A DNA stretch of 64,000 nucleotides from an uncultured Pseudomonadales bacterium (lineage in GTDB: Bacteria; Pseudomonadota; Gammaproteobacteria; Pseudomonadales; Azotimanducaceae): contig CALSRT010000009.1 of assembly GCA_943788825.1 (NCBI GenBank), forward strand, positions 61,743 through 125,742, written 5' to 3'. Under the pieces are notes generated by a model that saw only the letters and a program-made list of their open reading frames with translations, was not told the origin of the DNA and did not search any database. Both the position numbers and the translations under genes were made by a program. Each line of letters starts with the position of its first letter. The stretch's first letter is position 1. Below, piece by piece: positions 1 through 9,850 of this stretch.

Positions 1-1
1 G

Positions 2-1096
2 GAGGTAGGTACTGATGCGCAGTTTGAGTATCTGCGGGCGTGGCAGCGTAAGGTTTATGATGCCGGCTACCTGGGCATGTCGTGGCCCAAAGAATATGGC
101 GGTGGCGGCAAACCACAGGTGTTTCAAGATATCGTGACGCAGGAAATGGCCCGTCAGCGCGTGCCGTTTATGACCAACACCATTGGGCTTAATTGGGCTG
201 GACCCTTGATCCTGGAACGGGGCACGGAGGAAGCTAAACAGAAATATATCAGAGGTATCCTGAATGCCGATGACATCTGGTGCCAGGGATTTTCTGAGCC
301 GGATCATGGCTCGGACCTTGGCAGCGCTCAGGTGAAAGCAGTACGCGATGGTGACGAGTATGTGATTAACGGGTCGAAGATCTGGACCAGTTTGGGTAGC
401 TATGCAAAATACATGATCTTGCTGGCGCGAACCGACACGGGTGGCCCAAACAAATATGCCGGTTTGAGTTTCTTTCTGGCGCCAATGCATGTGGAGGGTA
501 TCACGCCTCAGCCGATCAAGAAGCTGACCGGCGAGTTTGGCTTTTGCCAGACGTTTTTTCATGACGCCCGCATTCCTGCCAATTGTATTATGGGGCAAGA
601 AGGTGAGGGCTGGCAGGTGGCGATGGCCACCCTGATGTTTGAGCGTGGCAATGTTGGCGGCCAGGCCGGTGGGATATCGATGATGGACTTGAACGTTAAT
701 GACGTTCTGGAATTGGCCCGGCGTTCAACCCGCAATGGTCGGCCCGTTCTGGAGGATCCATTGATTAGAGACCAGATGGTGCAATTTTTGATTGAGGCCA
801 AGAGCAATAGCTTGATGAGTGCTAAGGGTCGAATTCCCGCATTGAATTCTGAACGTCCCGGTGCGATAGCCATGTCCGGTAAGCTTCGCGGCACCGAGCT
901 CAAGCGACGCTTCTGTCAATTTGCCTTGTCTTTGCAGGGCGCAAATGGCGGACGTTTTATCGCGCCCGCCGCAGTCGACGGCGGCAAGTGGCAGCGAATC
1001 TATTTTAATTCGTTTTCGGCCACCATTGGCGGTGGCACCACGCAGGTTCAATACAACATTATGGGCGAGCGTGTGCTCGGCTTGCCAAAGAGCTAG
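2..1096 (+). CDS. acyl-CoA dehydrogenase family protein, 5' end cut by window edge
   Basis: ORF 77..1096 stays open in the same frame back to nt 2 (EVGTDAQFEYLRAWQRKVYDAGYLGMSWPKEYGG), so the true start lies upstream of the window. ACAD hallmarks: GFSEPDHGSDL, INGSKIWTSLG, C-terminal IGGGTTQVQYNIMGERVLGLP. Confidence 0.85.
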   Translation, partial: EVGTDAQFEYLRAWQRKVYDAGYLGMSWPKEYGGGGKPQVFQDIVTQEMARQRVPFMTNTIGLNWAGPLILERGTEEAKQKYIRGILNADDIWCQGFSEPDHGSDLGSAQVKAVRDGDEYVINGSKIWTSLGSYAKYMILLARTDTGGPNKYAGLSFFLAPMHVEGITPQPIKKLTGEFGFCQTFFHDARIPANCIMGQEGEGWQVAMATLMFERGNVGGQAGGISMMDLNVNDVLELARRSTRNGRPVLEDPLIRDQMVQFLIEAKSNSLMSAKGRIPALNSERPGAIAMSGKLRGTELKRRFCQFALSLQGANGGRFIAPAAVDGGKWQRIYFNSFSATIGGGTTQVQYNIMGERVLGLPKS

Positions 1097-1104
1097 GGGG
1101 CGGT

Positions 1105-2223
1105 ATGAGTCAACCAATCGAATTTACGGAAGAACAAAGGATGCTGCTCGATACTGCCATGGACTTCTGTGGCAAGCACTCTCCGGTGAGCCTGGTGAGG
1201 GCGCGGCTGGGCGACGAGCAAACCATTCCCGCCGCGGTCTGGCAGGAAATTGTTGATCTTGGCTGGTCTGCGATCACCATACCCGAGGTCCATGGTGGTC
1301 TGGGGCTGGGTCTGAGTGAGTTGGTGCCGGTGGTGGAATCCATGGGCCGGCACCTGATGGCCACGCCGTTAGTCTGGTCTGCGGCAGTGGTCCAGACATT
1401 ACTTTTAGCCGGCAGTGAGGAACAAAAGAATACCTGGCTGCCGAAGCTCGCGACCGGTGCTGTCGCGACCATGGGTTTGGTGGAGCTCGATGGCAGTTGG
1501 CTGCTGGATGAGCCGACTTGCACCGCCGAAGAACAGGCTGGCAAGCTCGTTCTGACGGGCACCAAATGCTTTGTTCAGGATGCGACGTTGGCAGATATGA
1601 TCATCGTCTCAGTGCTATTAGCAGGCCAGCCCCGTCTGGTGTTGTTAGACAAAGCCCAGATTCCTGTGGCCGCCCTCACCCAGGAAGTGGTGATTGATGA
1701 GACTCGCCGTAGTTTTCAGCTCGATTTGGATGGCATCAGTGTCGGTCTGGAGAGTCTGCTACCGCAGACCTGTTTCGCCGAGATCGAGCAGGTTTTGATG
1801 CTGTTACTCAGTGCCGAAATGGTGGGTGGTCATGCCAACACCTTGAACCTGGTGATTGACTATCTAAAAACCCGTAAGCAATTTGATAAGTATATCGGTA
1901 GCTATCAGGCTCTGAAGCACCCGACGGTGGATATTCTGATCGGCCTGGAGGCCAGTCGTTCCCATGTCTATCATGGGGCAACGGTGTTTGATCAGGCCGA
2001 CAGCAGCAGTGCTGACAAGGCGATTGCCTTGCGCATGGCCAAGGCCGTCGCGAGCGAGGGTTTTGCCTTCGCTGGTGATCGGGCTATTCAGTTTCATGGT
2101 GGCTTTGGGTTCACTTTTGAGTGCGATGCCCAGTTGTATCTGCGTCGTGCCCTATGGTGCCAATACCAATTCGGCGACGAGACCTACCAGCGCAGCTGTC
2201 TGGCGCCGCTGTTGTTAGATTAG
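1105..2223 (+). CDS. acyl-CoA dehydrogenase family protein (second of an adjacent pair)
   Basis: 372-aa ORF starting 8 nt after the previous ACAD stop. ACAD-like N-terminus (FTEEQRMLLDTAMDF) and C-terminal domain (YQALKHP..., GDRAIQFHGGFGFTFECDAQLYLRRA). Confidence 0.8.
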   Translation: MSQPIEFTEEQRMLLDTAMDFCGKHSPVSLVRARLGDEQTIPAAVWQEIVDLGWSAITIPEVHGGLGLGLSELVPVVESMGRHLMATPLVWSAAVVQTLLLAGSEEQKNTWLPKLATGAVATMGLVELDGSWLLDEPTCTAEEQAGKLVLTGTKCFVQDATLADMIIVSVLLAGQPRLVLLDKAQIPVAALTQEVVIDETRRSFQLDLDGISVGLESLLPQTCFAEIEQVLMLLLSAEMVGGHANTLNLVIDYLKTRKQFDKYIGSYQALKHPTVDILIGLEASRSHVYHGATVFDQADSSSADKAIALRMAKAVASEGFAFAGDRAIQFHGGFGFTFECDAQLYLRRALWCQYQFGDETYQRSCLAPLLLD

Positions 2224-2272
2224 GGGTCAGGTTGGTTTTAGAGGATCGGCGAAGTGCTAGGTAACGCGTTAG

Positions 2273-2307
2273 TGAAAGCTATTGAATGAAAGCTATTGAA
2301 TGAAAGC
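2273..2307. repeat. 14-bp tandem repeat, about 2.5 copies
   Basis: tgaaagctattgaa x2 followed by tgaaagc, read directly. Lies 50 nt downstream of the ACAD stop. Confidence 0.85.
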
Positions 2308-2313
2308 GGGGTC

Positions 2314-2365
2314 GCGCAACCGACCTGTGCTGGCAGGCAAATTTGCCGGCATGCAGAGGTTGCGC
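2314..2365. terminator. candidate bidirectional hairpin between convergent genes
   Basis: GCGCAACC (2314-2321) pairs with GGTTGCGC (2358-2365) and encloses the palindrome GGCAAATTTGCC. There is no clear U-tract, so the terminator call is weak. Confidence 0.3.
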
Positions 2366-2374
2366 TGGAGACCC

Positions 2375-2407
2375 CTATTTGACTTCTATTGGACTTCTAT
2401 TTGACCT
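2375..2407. repeat. 11-bp tandem repeat x3 overlapping the FKBP gene stop codon
   Basis: ctatttgactt / ctattggactt / ctatttgacct. The third unit contains the last codons and the TAG stop (2397-2399, minus strand) of the FKBP gene. Confidence 0.85.
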
Positions 2408-2888
2408 CGATGAGCTCGACTTCAAATATCAGCGCCGTATTCCCAGGAATGGGTCCGACGCCACGAGCGCCGTAGGCCAAATCTGATGGCACAAACAGCT
2501 GCCATTGGTCACCTTCCTGCATCATTTGCAGCGCTTCAGTCCAGCCACTGATCACACCATTGACCGGTAATTCCAGTGGCTCGCCCCGTTCAACGGAACT
2601 GTCGAAGACTTTGCCGTCGATAAAAGTACCGTGATAATGAGCCTTGACAACATCTGTGGGTCCGGGGGTTGCGCCTTGTCCGGATTTCATTACGCGGTAT
2701 TGCAGTCCGGATGCGGTCACAATCACGCCTTCTTTGTTGGCGTTGGCTGCCAGAAAGTCCTGACCTGCCTTCATTTCATTGCTCATAGTTTCTCCATTGT
2801 CTGTATTCGATGGGTTGCTGTCTTCCTGTGCCGGTGAACAGCCAATTAATGCTAAAAGTACCAGGGTCAAACTGCCGAGTCGTCTCAT
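2397..2888 (-). CDS. FKBP-type peptidyl-prolyl cis-trans isomerase, predicted lipoprotein
   Basis: Signal peptide with lipobox (LLALIGC). FKBP domain motifs: YHGTFIDGKVFDSS, GVISGWTEALQMMQEGDQWQLFVPSDLAYG. Confidence 0.9.
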   Translation of the reverse strand: MRRLGSLTLVLLALIGCSPAQEDSNPSNTDNGETMSNEMKAGQDFLAANANKEGVIVTASGLQYRVMKSGQGATPGPTDVVKAHYHGTFIDGKVFDSSVERGEPLELPVNGVISGWTEALQMMQEGDQWQLFVPSDLAYGARGVGPIPGNTALIFEVELIEVK

Positions 2889-3011
2889 TCACGTTCCAGG
2901 GTAGGATAAATCAGCCGCAAGGTTAGCATAAATGGTGAATAAACAGGGTGTCTTGATGGCATCGCCTAGGTTAATGTCGACTTAGGTTTATTGAAGAGCG
3001 AGAAATGTGGA

Positions 3012-4073
3012 ATGGATATTGGCATCTGTGTGCAAAGTCATATTAACGATATCGATTACGTCGTGCAGGCCGAAGCCCTGGGCTACAGTCATGGCTGGTT
3101 CGCTGACAGCCAGATGATTTGGTCTGATTGCTATGCGACCCTGGCGCTGGCCGCCCATCGCACGACAACCATTAAGCTGGGCACCGGTGTTGCGATCAGC
3201 GGTACGCGTCCTGCGCCGGTGAATGCCGCCGGTATTGCCACCATCAATGCCTTGGCGCCAGGCCGAACCTTCTTTGGCGTCGGAGCCGGCAATACAGCGA
3301 TGCGAATCATGGATTTGCCACCCCAACCCATCGCTGAGTATGATCAGTATTTGAGCACCATTAAGCCACTGTTAGCTGGAGATGAGGCAATTTACCATCA
3401 TCGTGGCCGAGATATCCCCATTCGCCATATTATGCCTGATGAGGGCTTCGTCAATGTCACTGACCCCATCCCCATGTATGTATCGGGTTTTGGACCTAAA
3501 TCGCTGGCGCTCGCAGGTAAGCACGGTGATGGCGCGGTCCTCGCGTTTACCTCTAACCCGGCCACCATGGAGAGCATGTGGCTGATGATTGAGGCCGGCG
3601 CCAGCGACGACTTTCAGCGCGAGGACTTTTATACCACAGCACTGACAGCCATGCTGGTGCTTGATAAAGGTGAGGCGGTAGACTCGGCCAGGGTTAAGCA
3701 CGAAGTGGGGGCGATGGCGATTGCGGCATTGCATTACAGCTATGACCAGTACCGAAATTTTGGTCATCAACCGCCGTCGCACCTCACGGCCATTTGGCCT
3801 GATTACATTAAGATGATTGAGGCGGTGCCCCTCGCTCGGCGCCACCAGCGAATTCATCAGGGTCATAATTGTTGGGTGTTGCCCGAGGAAGAAAAATTCC
3901 TCACTAAGTCGCTACTCCAGGCCAGCTGCCTGATCGGTACTCAGGATCAATTGATTGAAACCCTGCAGGGTTTGCAGGCTGCTGGTTTGAATCAGGTGAT
4001 GAATCTGCCGGCTTTCGCGCCGCGCTTTGAGATCATGGCGCGGATCGCTCGAGATATTATTCCCAATGTTTAG
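3012..4073 (+). CDS. LLM-class (luciferase-like) flavin-dependent oxidoreductase
   Basis: MDIGICVQS...AEALGYSHGWFADSQMIW...GTGVAISGTRPAPVNA is typical of the luciferase-like monooxygenase fold. The ORF opens at a TTG (2991); the first ATG is at 3012. Confidence 0.8.
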   Translation: MDIGICVQSHINDIDYVVQAEALGYSHGWFADSQMIWSDCYATLALAAHRTTTIKLGTGVAISGTRPAPVNAAGIATINALAPGRTFFGVGAGNTAMRIMDLPPQPIAEYDQYLSTIKPLLAGDEAIYHHRGRDIPIRHIMPDEGFVNVTDPIPMYVSGFGPKSLALAGKHGDGAVLAFTSNPATMESMWLMIEAGASDDFQREDFYTTALTAMLVLDKGEAVDSARVKHEVGAMAIAALHYSYDQYRNFGHQPPSHLTAIWPDYIKMIEAVPLARRHQRIHQGHNCWVLPEEEKFLTKSLLQASCLIGTQDQLIETLQGLQAAGLNQVMNLPAFAPRFEIMARIARDIIPNV

Positions 4074-4239
4074 AGAAGGCTTATGGTCTTTGTCGTGAGA
4101 TAGGCTGGTTGCGGTCCGCCAGCTAACAGGGGGGCAAGGGCGACTTGAGTAGTAGGTCCTCGATGAGGGGTATTGCTGGCAGGCGAGTCTTAAGTCGTTG
4201 CTAAAAGCGATTTTTAGTCGCAGGTATAACCACAAGGCT

Positions 4240-5139
4240 TTAGTTCAAGCGCGCACTATTATCCTGTACCAACTGTTTTAGGAAGTCGGCCACAGCTCGG
4301 ATCCGCGCATGGTCAGCCACATCTTCATGGATAGCCAGCCAGAAGGAACGGGTGATCAGGACGCTATCGGCAAGGACTAATTGCAGGCCGGGATCGGCCA
4401 TCGCGAGAAACCGCGGCAGCATGGCGATGCCGCAGCCAGCACGGGCCATTTGCGCCTGGGCCAGCAGGCTTGAGCTGCACAGTTTTGGCACCAGGCCGGA
4501 ATCCAGATCGTTGTAGTAACGCAGTTTCGGTGAATAGATCAAGTCATCCACATAACCGATCAAGGTGTGGGCATGCAGATCAGGAATAGTTTGTGGGACC
4601 TCAGCCTGGCTCAGATAGCCAGGGCTAGCGTAAAGCTGCAGGCTATAGTCAGTGAGTTTGCTGATCTTCAGGCGGCCGGTAGTCGGTCTGGATAATAGAA
4701 CTGCCAGATCTGCTTCACGCTTTGAAACATTCAATAAGCCGCTGGTGGCTACCAATTCCAGCACCAGGGAGGGGTAAGTCTGGCTGAGTTGGCGAAGCCC
4801 CGGCGCGATCAAGGCATTGCCAAAACCCTCTGTGACGCTCAACCTCACCGTGCCTTGAACTCGGCTGACCTCACCGGCGATTTCAGCTTGTACTGCATAC
4901 ATGGTGTGTTCTATCTGCTCGACCTGCTTGAGCAACCACTCACCGGCGGTGGTCAGCCGGTGGCCTCGGCGCGATCGGTCGAACAAGCCCGTGCCCAGAG
5001 TTTGCTCCAGTCGCCGCAGGCGTCGCCCTACCGTCGTCGGGTCCTGTTCAAGAGTGTCCGCGGCGGCATCCAGATTGCCCTGTCGTGCGACTGCCAGGAA
5101 AACTCTAAGGTCGTCCCAGTTCGTATTGTTCAGATCCAA
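4240..5139 (-). CDS. LysR family transcriptional regulator
   Basis: N-terminal wHTH (WDDLRVFLAVARQGNLDAAADTLEQDPTTVGRRLRRLEQTLG) followed by a LysR substrate-binding domain. Length 299 aa. Confidence 0.9.
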   Translation of the reverse strand: MDLNNTNWDDLRVFLAVARQGNLDAAADTLEQDPTTVGRRLRRLEQTLGTGLFDRSRRGHRLTTAGEWLLKQVEQIEHTMYAVQAEIAGEVSRVQGTVRLSVTEGFGNALIAPGLRQLSQTYPSLVLELVATSGLLNVSKREADLAVLLSRPTTGRLKISKLTDYSLQLYASPGYLSQAEVPQTIPDLHAHTLIGYVDDLIYSPKLRYYNDLDSGLVPKLCSSSLLAQAQMARAGCGIAMLPRFLAMADPGLQLVLADSVLITRSFWLAIHEDVADHARIRAVADFLKQLVQDNSARLN

Positions 5140-5391
5140 AAGTTCTTGGCCTTGATGACTTCAACAGAGCGTAGTTATCAATGATGTGGCTGGCTGAGTC
5201 AATGACTTGTGGCGAATACCGGGTCCATGCCAGCCACATTTTCCGTGCATTGCGCCGCCGCTGAATAGTTCGTATCCTGCGGGGGTGCTGAAACTTGCAG
5301 CGAGCCATTGCCGCGATGGCACAGTAAGTTCAGTAGGGTGCGCGGTTGTCCGTTATTGAGCAGTTAATCTAACGATATTTAAGGGGTGTGT

Positions 5392-6354
5392 ATGAAGGAT
5401 TTCGCAGGCAAATTAGCGGTCATTACCGGTGGCGGCACAGGCATGGGGCGAGAACTTGCCCGGCAATTGGTCGCAGAAGGTTGTGATGTTGCGATCTGTG
5501 ATGTGATTGATGAAAACATGCAGGAAACGCTCAAGATTTGCCAGCAGGAAGGTCCGCAAGGTGTGCGTATTACGGCGCACAAATGCGACGTTTCAAAGGA
5601 AGATCAGGTGCTGCGATTTCGTGACGAAGTGCTCGACCTGCACGGTCGTGATCACATTAACCTGTTGTTTAATAACGCCGGTATTGGTGCCGGTGTGAGC
5701 TTCGTCGATGGCTCGCGTGAAGACTGGGAAAGAACCTTCAATATCTGTTGGTACGGGGTCTACTATAATGCTCGAGCCTTTATGCCGTATCTTGTCGCGG
5801 CGACTGAAGCGCATATGATCAATACCAGCAGCGTCAATGGTTTCTGGGCCAGTTTAGGGCCAGGCTCAACTCACAGCGCTTACAGTGCCGCTAAATTTGC
5901 CGTGAAAGGCTTTACCGAAGCGCTGGTCTCGGACCTGCGAGTCAATGCCCCGCACGTCAAAGTCTCAGTGGTGATGCCAGGTCATATCGGCACCTCCATC
6001 GCGATTAATTCTGGCAAGATATCCGGTCATGCGGTGGAAGACTTTACCGCCGAAGAGCTGGTTAGCGTCCGCAAGCGTATTACCGCCCGCCTGGGAACCG
6101 ACTTGTCTGAAGTCACTGACGACCAGATCAAGGCGATGATCAAAGCGCAGGGCGAAGCGTTTCGAGATAATGCGCCAACCACCGCCGGGGAAGCTGCGGC
6201 GATGATGTTGCAAGGTGTCAGGGATGAACGTTGGCGGGTGCTGCTGGGCGACGACGCCCAAGTGCTGGATCGACTGGTGCGAGAAAACCCAGAAGAAGCC
6301 TACGAGGAAAGCTTTATGGTCAAGCTTCGTGAGCAGGCCAACTGGGGGCTCTAA
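5392..6354 (+). CDS. SDR family oxidoreductase
   Basis: Rossmann motif ITGGGTGMG, NNAG, and catalytic YSAAK. ATG at 5392 is preceded by AAGGGG. Confidence 0.9.
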   Translation: MKDFAGKLAVITGGGTGMGRELARQLVAEGCDVAICDVIDENMQETLKICQQEGPQGVRITAHKCDVSKEDQVLRFRDEVLDLHGRDHINLLFNNAGIGAGVSFVDGSREDWERTFNICWYGVYYNARAFMPYLVAATEAHMINTSSVNGFWASLGPGSTHSAYSAAKFAVKGFTEALVSDLRVNAPHVKVSVVMPGHIGTSIAINSGKISGHAVEDFTAEELVSVRKRITARLGTDLSEVTDDQIKAMIKAQGEAFRDNAPTTAGEAAAMMLQGVRDERWRVLLGDDAQVLDRLVRENPEEAYEESFMVKLREQANWGL

Positions 6355-6498
6355 CTAGTCTATAGAATCAAACGCCCTGGAAACTCAAACTAATTAGGGT
6401 GCCAGGGTTAGGCGCAGACAAGTCTGTTATGCTGCCTGGTTCACATTTCACTGTTTTTGCTGCCTTCAGCAGGGTGACCAGCCGGAGTTCATTTTCTG

Positions 6499-6981
6499 AT
6501 GATCGTTTTGCGCAACCTAAGCGCCACTGAGTTTGCCGATTATCGCGCTTACTTCGTCGCGGATTATGCGCGAGAAATTATCAGCAATTATGCTGAGACA
6601 CCTGCTCGCGCCGAGGCAATCGCCAGGGCAGATATGGACGAAAACTTCCCCGCCGGTGTGCCAGTAGGCGCGAATGAATTGGTTGGTATTGACTGGGTTG
6701 TGGATGAGATATCAACCCACGTGGGTTATCTCTGGTATACCATTGACGGGCCGGGGCGCTCAGCGTTTATCTGTGATTTTTATATACTGGCACCACAGCG
6801 AAGCCGCGGTTATGGCCGCTTGACTATCGAGCTGCTTGAGGCACAGTTGCTTGCCGCTGGCGTCACGCAGCTGCAGCTGCGGGTGGCTCATGATAACCAG
6901 CGGGCGCTGCGTCTGTATCAGGAAATCGGTTTTTTCGTGACGGGCCACAATATGCTGAAACGGCTTGCCAGTAAGGCTTAA
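6499..6981 (+). CDS. GNAT family N-acetyltransferase
   Basis: 160 aa. Acetyl-CoA binding motif region QRSRGYGRLTIELLE and C-terminal NQRALRLYQEIGF. Confidence 0.8.
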   Translation: MIVLRNLSATEFADYRAYFVADYAREIISNYAETPARAEAIARADMDENFPAGVPVGANELVGIDWVVDEISTHVGYLWYTIDGPGRSAFICDFYILAPQRSRGYGRLTIELLEAQLLAAGVTQLQLRVAHDNQRALRLYQEIGFFVTGHNMLKRLASKA

Positions 6982-7107
6982 AAAGTCGCGCATTTTGGTG
7001 GCCAATGCTTGGGGTGTAAATGCAGGTAAATAATGCATATATGTCCCTGTACCTGTATTAATGCACGCTATACTATGGTGTCTAAGATTATTTTAAGGAA
7101 GAACGGC

Positions 7108-8634
7108 ATGTCCCAGGCAACAGCTACGCCTTCAATCAATAGCGCTAAAACCGTCGATATCTATGTTAACGGGGGTTTCCGTCAGAGTGCTGCCACCGAG
7201 ACGGTGCCAGTGACGAATCCGGCCAATCAGGCCGTGATCGCTTATGCGCCACTGACGACCATGGCGGAAGTGGATGAGGCGGTGGCCGCGGCGCAAGCTG
7301 CATTTCTACTCTGGCGCCGAGTGCCAGCGCCGGAACGGGCGCGCATTATGATGAAGTACCAGATGCTGTTAAAGGACAACCACGATCAGATCGCGGCGAT
7401 TCTGGCGCTGGAAACGGGCAAAACATTTGCCGATGCGCAGGGTGATGTCTGGCGTGGTATCGAAGTGGTTGAGCAGGCCTGTAATGTCCCCGCCATGATG
7501 ATGGGCGAGACCTCTGAAAACGTTGCTCGCGGCATCGATACCTACAGCCTGATTCAGCCCTTGGGTGTGTGTGTCGGTATTACCCCCTTCAATTTTCCGG
7601 CGATGATACCCATGTGGATGTTCCCCATGGCCATCGCTTGTGGCAATACCTTTGTGTTGAAGCCATCTGAGCAGGATCCCATGACGCCGAATCGATTGGT
7701 TGAGCTGTTCTATGAAGCGGGTTTTCCACGGGACCTGGTGCAGGTCATCCACGGCGGGCGCGAGCAGGTTGATGCCTTGATTACCCATCCCGATACGCGG
7801 GCAATTTCTTTTGTCGGTTCGGTACCTGTCGGTCAGCATGTTTACCGTCTCGGCACGGATCACTTGAAGCGCGTGCAGTGTATGGCAGGCGCGAAGAACC
7901 ATATGGTGATCATGCCAGACGCTAACCGGGCGCAGGTAGTGAGTGCTCTAGTGGGGTCGTCAGTGGGCGCCGCAGGGCAACGTTGTATGGCGATCAGCGT
8001 GGCGGTATTTGTGGGTGATGCCGTGGACATGATCGAAGATGTTCGTGCCGCCATGGCCGTGGTCAAGCCCGGTGCCTGGGACGATGACAAGGCTGGTTAC
8101 GGTCCGCAGATTAGTCCGCAGGCCAAAACTCGCATTCTGGGTTATATCCAGAAGGGTAAAGATGAAGGCGCCACTTGCCTGCTCGACGGCAGTGACTGCG
8201 CGGTAGATGGGCTGCCCGATGGCAACTTCGTGGGGCCGACGCTGTTTGCTGATGTCAGCCGGGATATGACGATCTACAAGGAAGAGATTTTTGGTCCGGT
8301 ACTGGTCACCATGGCGGCCACGACACTGGAAGAAGCGATCCAGGTTATCAACGACAATCCCTATGGTAATGGTGTGTCAATTTTCACCTCTTCTGGCGGT
8401 GCGGCGCGCAAGTTCCAAAGCGAAATTGAAGTGGGTCAGGTGGGCATCAATATCCCGATTCCAGTGCCCTTGCCATTCTTTTCATTCACTGGCTGGAAGA
8501 ACTCCTTCTACGGAGATCAGCATGCTTATGGCAAGCAGGCGATTCGGTTCTATACAGAAACCAAAACGATCACCGCCCGCTGGTTTGACGATGACGCGGT
8601 TGTTGCATCGAATATGACCATAGCATTGAAGTAA
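7108..8634 (+). CDS. mmsA: methylmalonate-semialdehyde dehydrogenase (CoA-acylating)
   Basis: ALDH superfamily with the MmsA-type sequence ([20 protein letters not shown], catalytic Cys in GQRCMA). ATG 7108 is preceded by AAGGAA. Heads a valine-catabolism operon. Confidence 0.9.
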   Translation: MSQATATPSINSAKTVDIYVNGGFRQSAATETVPVTNPANQAVIAYAPLTTMAEVDEAVAAAQAAFLLWRRVPAPERARIMMKYQMLLKDNHDQIAAILALETGKTFADAQGDVWRGIEVVEQACNVPAMMMGETSENVARGIDTYSLIQPLGVCVGITPFNFPAMIPMWMFPMAIACGNTFVLKPSEQDPMTPNRLVELFYEAGFPRDLVQVIHGGREQVDALITHPDTRAISFVGSVPVGQHVYRLGTDHLKRVQCMAGAKNHMVIMPDANRAQVVSALVGSSVGAAGQRCMAISVAVFVGDAVDMIEDVRAAMAVVKPGAWDDDKAGYGPQISPQAKTRILGYIQKGKDEGATCLLDGSDCAVDGLPDGNFVGPTLFADVSRDMTIYKEEIFGPVLVTMAATTLEEAIQVINDNPYGNGVSIFTSSGGAARKFQSEIEVGQVGINIPIPVPLPFFSFTGWKNSFYGDQHAYGKQAIRFYTETKTITARWFDDDAVVASNMTIALK

Positions 8635-9794
8635 TGAATTTCGACCTGACGGACGACCAGCAGGCGTATCAGCAGGCGGCGCGAACCTTTTCTGATAAGG
8701 CGTTGGCGCCGCATGCCGCGGCCTGGGACGAAGGCAAAATCTTCCCTAAGGACGTTATTGCAGGGGCTGGCGAGCAAGGCTTTTGTGGCCTGTATTGCCC
8801 GGCAGATGCTGGTGGCATGGGCCTGAGTCGGCTGGATTCATCGATCATTCTTGAACAGCTGGCGATGGGCTGCACCTCAACCACGGCGTTTATCTCGATC
8901 CATAATATGGCGACCTGGATGATTGCCGAGTATGGCAGCGAGCAAACCGTCGATCAGTTTTGCCCCGATCTCATCAGTGGCGACCAGCTTGCCAGCTATT
9001 GCCTAACCGAAGCTGGTGCTGGTTCTGATGCGGGTTCCTTGCGGACTCGAGCAGAGTTAGTAGGCGATCACTACGTGGTTAACGGTTCGAAAATGTTTAT
9101 TTCTGGAGCGGGCCAGACCGATGTACTGGTGGTGATGGTCAGAACAGCGGATACCGGCTCGCGTGGTATTAGTACCTTGGTCATACCGGCCGACTCACCG
9201 GGCATCAGTTTCGGCTCAAATTTGGAGAAAATGGGTTGGCATAGCCAACCGACTCGAGAGATCAATTTTGATCAGGTGCGCGTGCCTGTGGCGAACCGGC
9301 TCGGTAAGGAAGGTGAGGGTTTTAAAATCGCCATGAAGGGCCTGGATGGCGGGCGTATTAATATCGCCGCCTGTTCTATTGGTACGGCGCAAGCGGCCAT
9401 AAATCGCAGCCAGGTCTATATGTTAGATCGCCAGCAATTCGGCGCGCCCCTGGCAAGTTTTCAGGCGCTACAATTTAAATTGGCCGATATGGTGACTGAA
9501 CTCGTCGCTGCCCGCCAAATGGTTCGACTCGCAGCCTTTAAGGTTGATCAGGGCGATCATCAGGCCAGCGTCTATTCTGCCATGGCGAAGCGGTTCGCCA
9601 CGGATGTGGGGTTTGAGGTTTGTAATCAGGCGCTGCAGATCCATGGTGGCTACGGTTACATGCAAGAGTACCCGCTGGAACGTTATTTACGCGATACTCG
9701 GGTGCACCAGATTCTGGAAGGCACCAATGAAATCATGCGGTTGATTGTCTCCAGGCATCTACTGACCCAGGCCGATATCGAGATCATTCAATAG
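8634..9794 (+). CDS. acyl-CoA dehydrogenase (isobutyryl-CoA dehydrogenase-like)
   Basis: 386 aa. CLTEAGAGSDA, catalytic-base region ILEGTNEIMRLIVSR. The context between mmsA and enoyl-CoA hydratase supports the call. Confidence 0.85.
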   Translation: MNFDLTDDQQAYQQAARTFSDKALAPHAAAWDEGKIFPKDVIAGAGEQGFCGLYCPADAGGMGLSRLDSSIILEQLAMGCTSTTAFISIHNMATWMIAEYGSEQTVDQFCPDLISGDQLASYCLTEAGAGSDAGSLRTRAELVGDHYVVNGSKMFISGAGQTDVLVVMVRTADTGSRGISTLVIPADSPGISFGSNLEKMGWHSQPTREINFDQVRVPVANRLGKEGEGFKIAMKGLDGGRINIAACSIGTAQAAINRSQVYMLDRQQFGAPLASFQALQFKLADMVTELVAARQMVRLAAFKVDQGDHQASVYSAMAKRFATDVGFEVCNQALQIHGGYGYMQEYPLERYLRDTRVHQILEGTNEIMRLIVSRHLLTQADIEIIQ

Positions 9795-9850
9795 TCAAAA
9801 ATTTAATTATCGCCTGCCAATCGACTGCGGCAGCGATCTACCTAAAGGAC

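Noticed and set aside
5317-5332. Sigma-54-like TGGCAC-N5 element upstream of the SDR gene
   Set aside because: The -12 element reads GTTCA rather than TTGC(A/T), so the conserved GC is absent at the right spacing. No enhancer-binding protein gene lies nearby.
5353-5367. LysR-type T-N11-A box (TTATTGAGCAGTTAA) between the LysR gene and the SDR gene
   Set aside because: The dyad symmetry is weak (only TTA/TAA). The site lies about 25 nt from the SDR start codon, too close for a typical -65 recognition site. It is not distinguishable from chance.
1-7000. Left-end accessory patch as a genomic island or mobile element
   Set aside because: I could see no integrase, transposase, flanking tRNA, direct repeats or compositional break. 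The genes are ordinary catabolic and regulatory functions.
7033-7107. N-terminal extensions suggested by the ORF track (mmsA from 7033, ygfX from 13984, rseC from 19020, pyrH from 55666, dapC to 49893, plsB to 42171, gspD to 44107)
   Set aside because: The extensions add non-conserved residues rich in Cys or Arg. They often overlap the upstream gene, while internal ATG/GTG codons with SD sequences give N-termini matching known orthologues.
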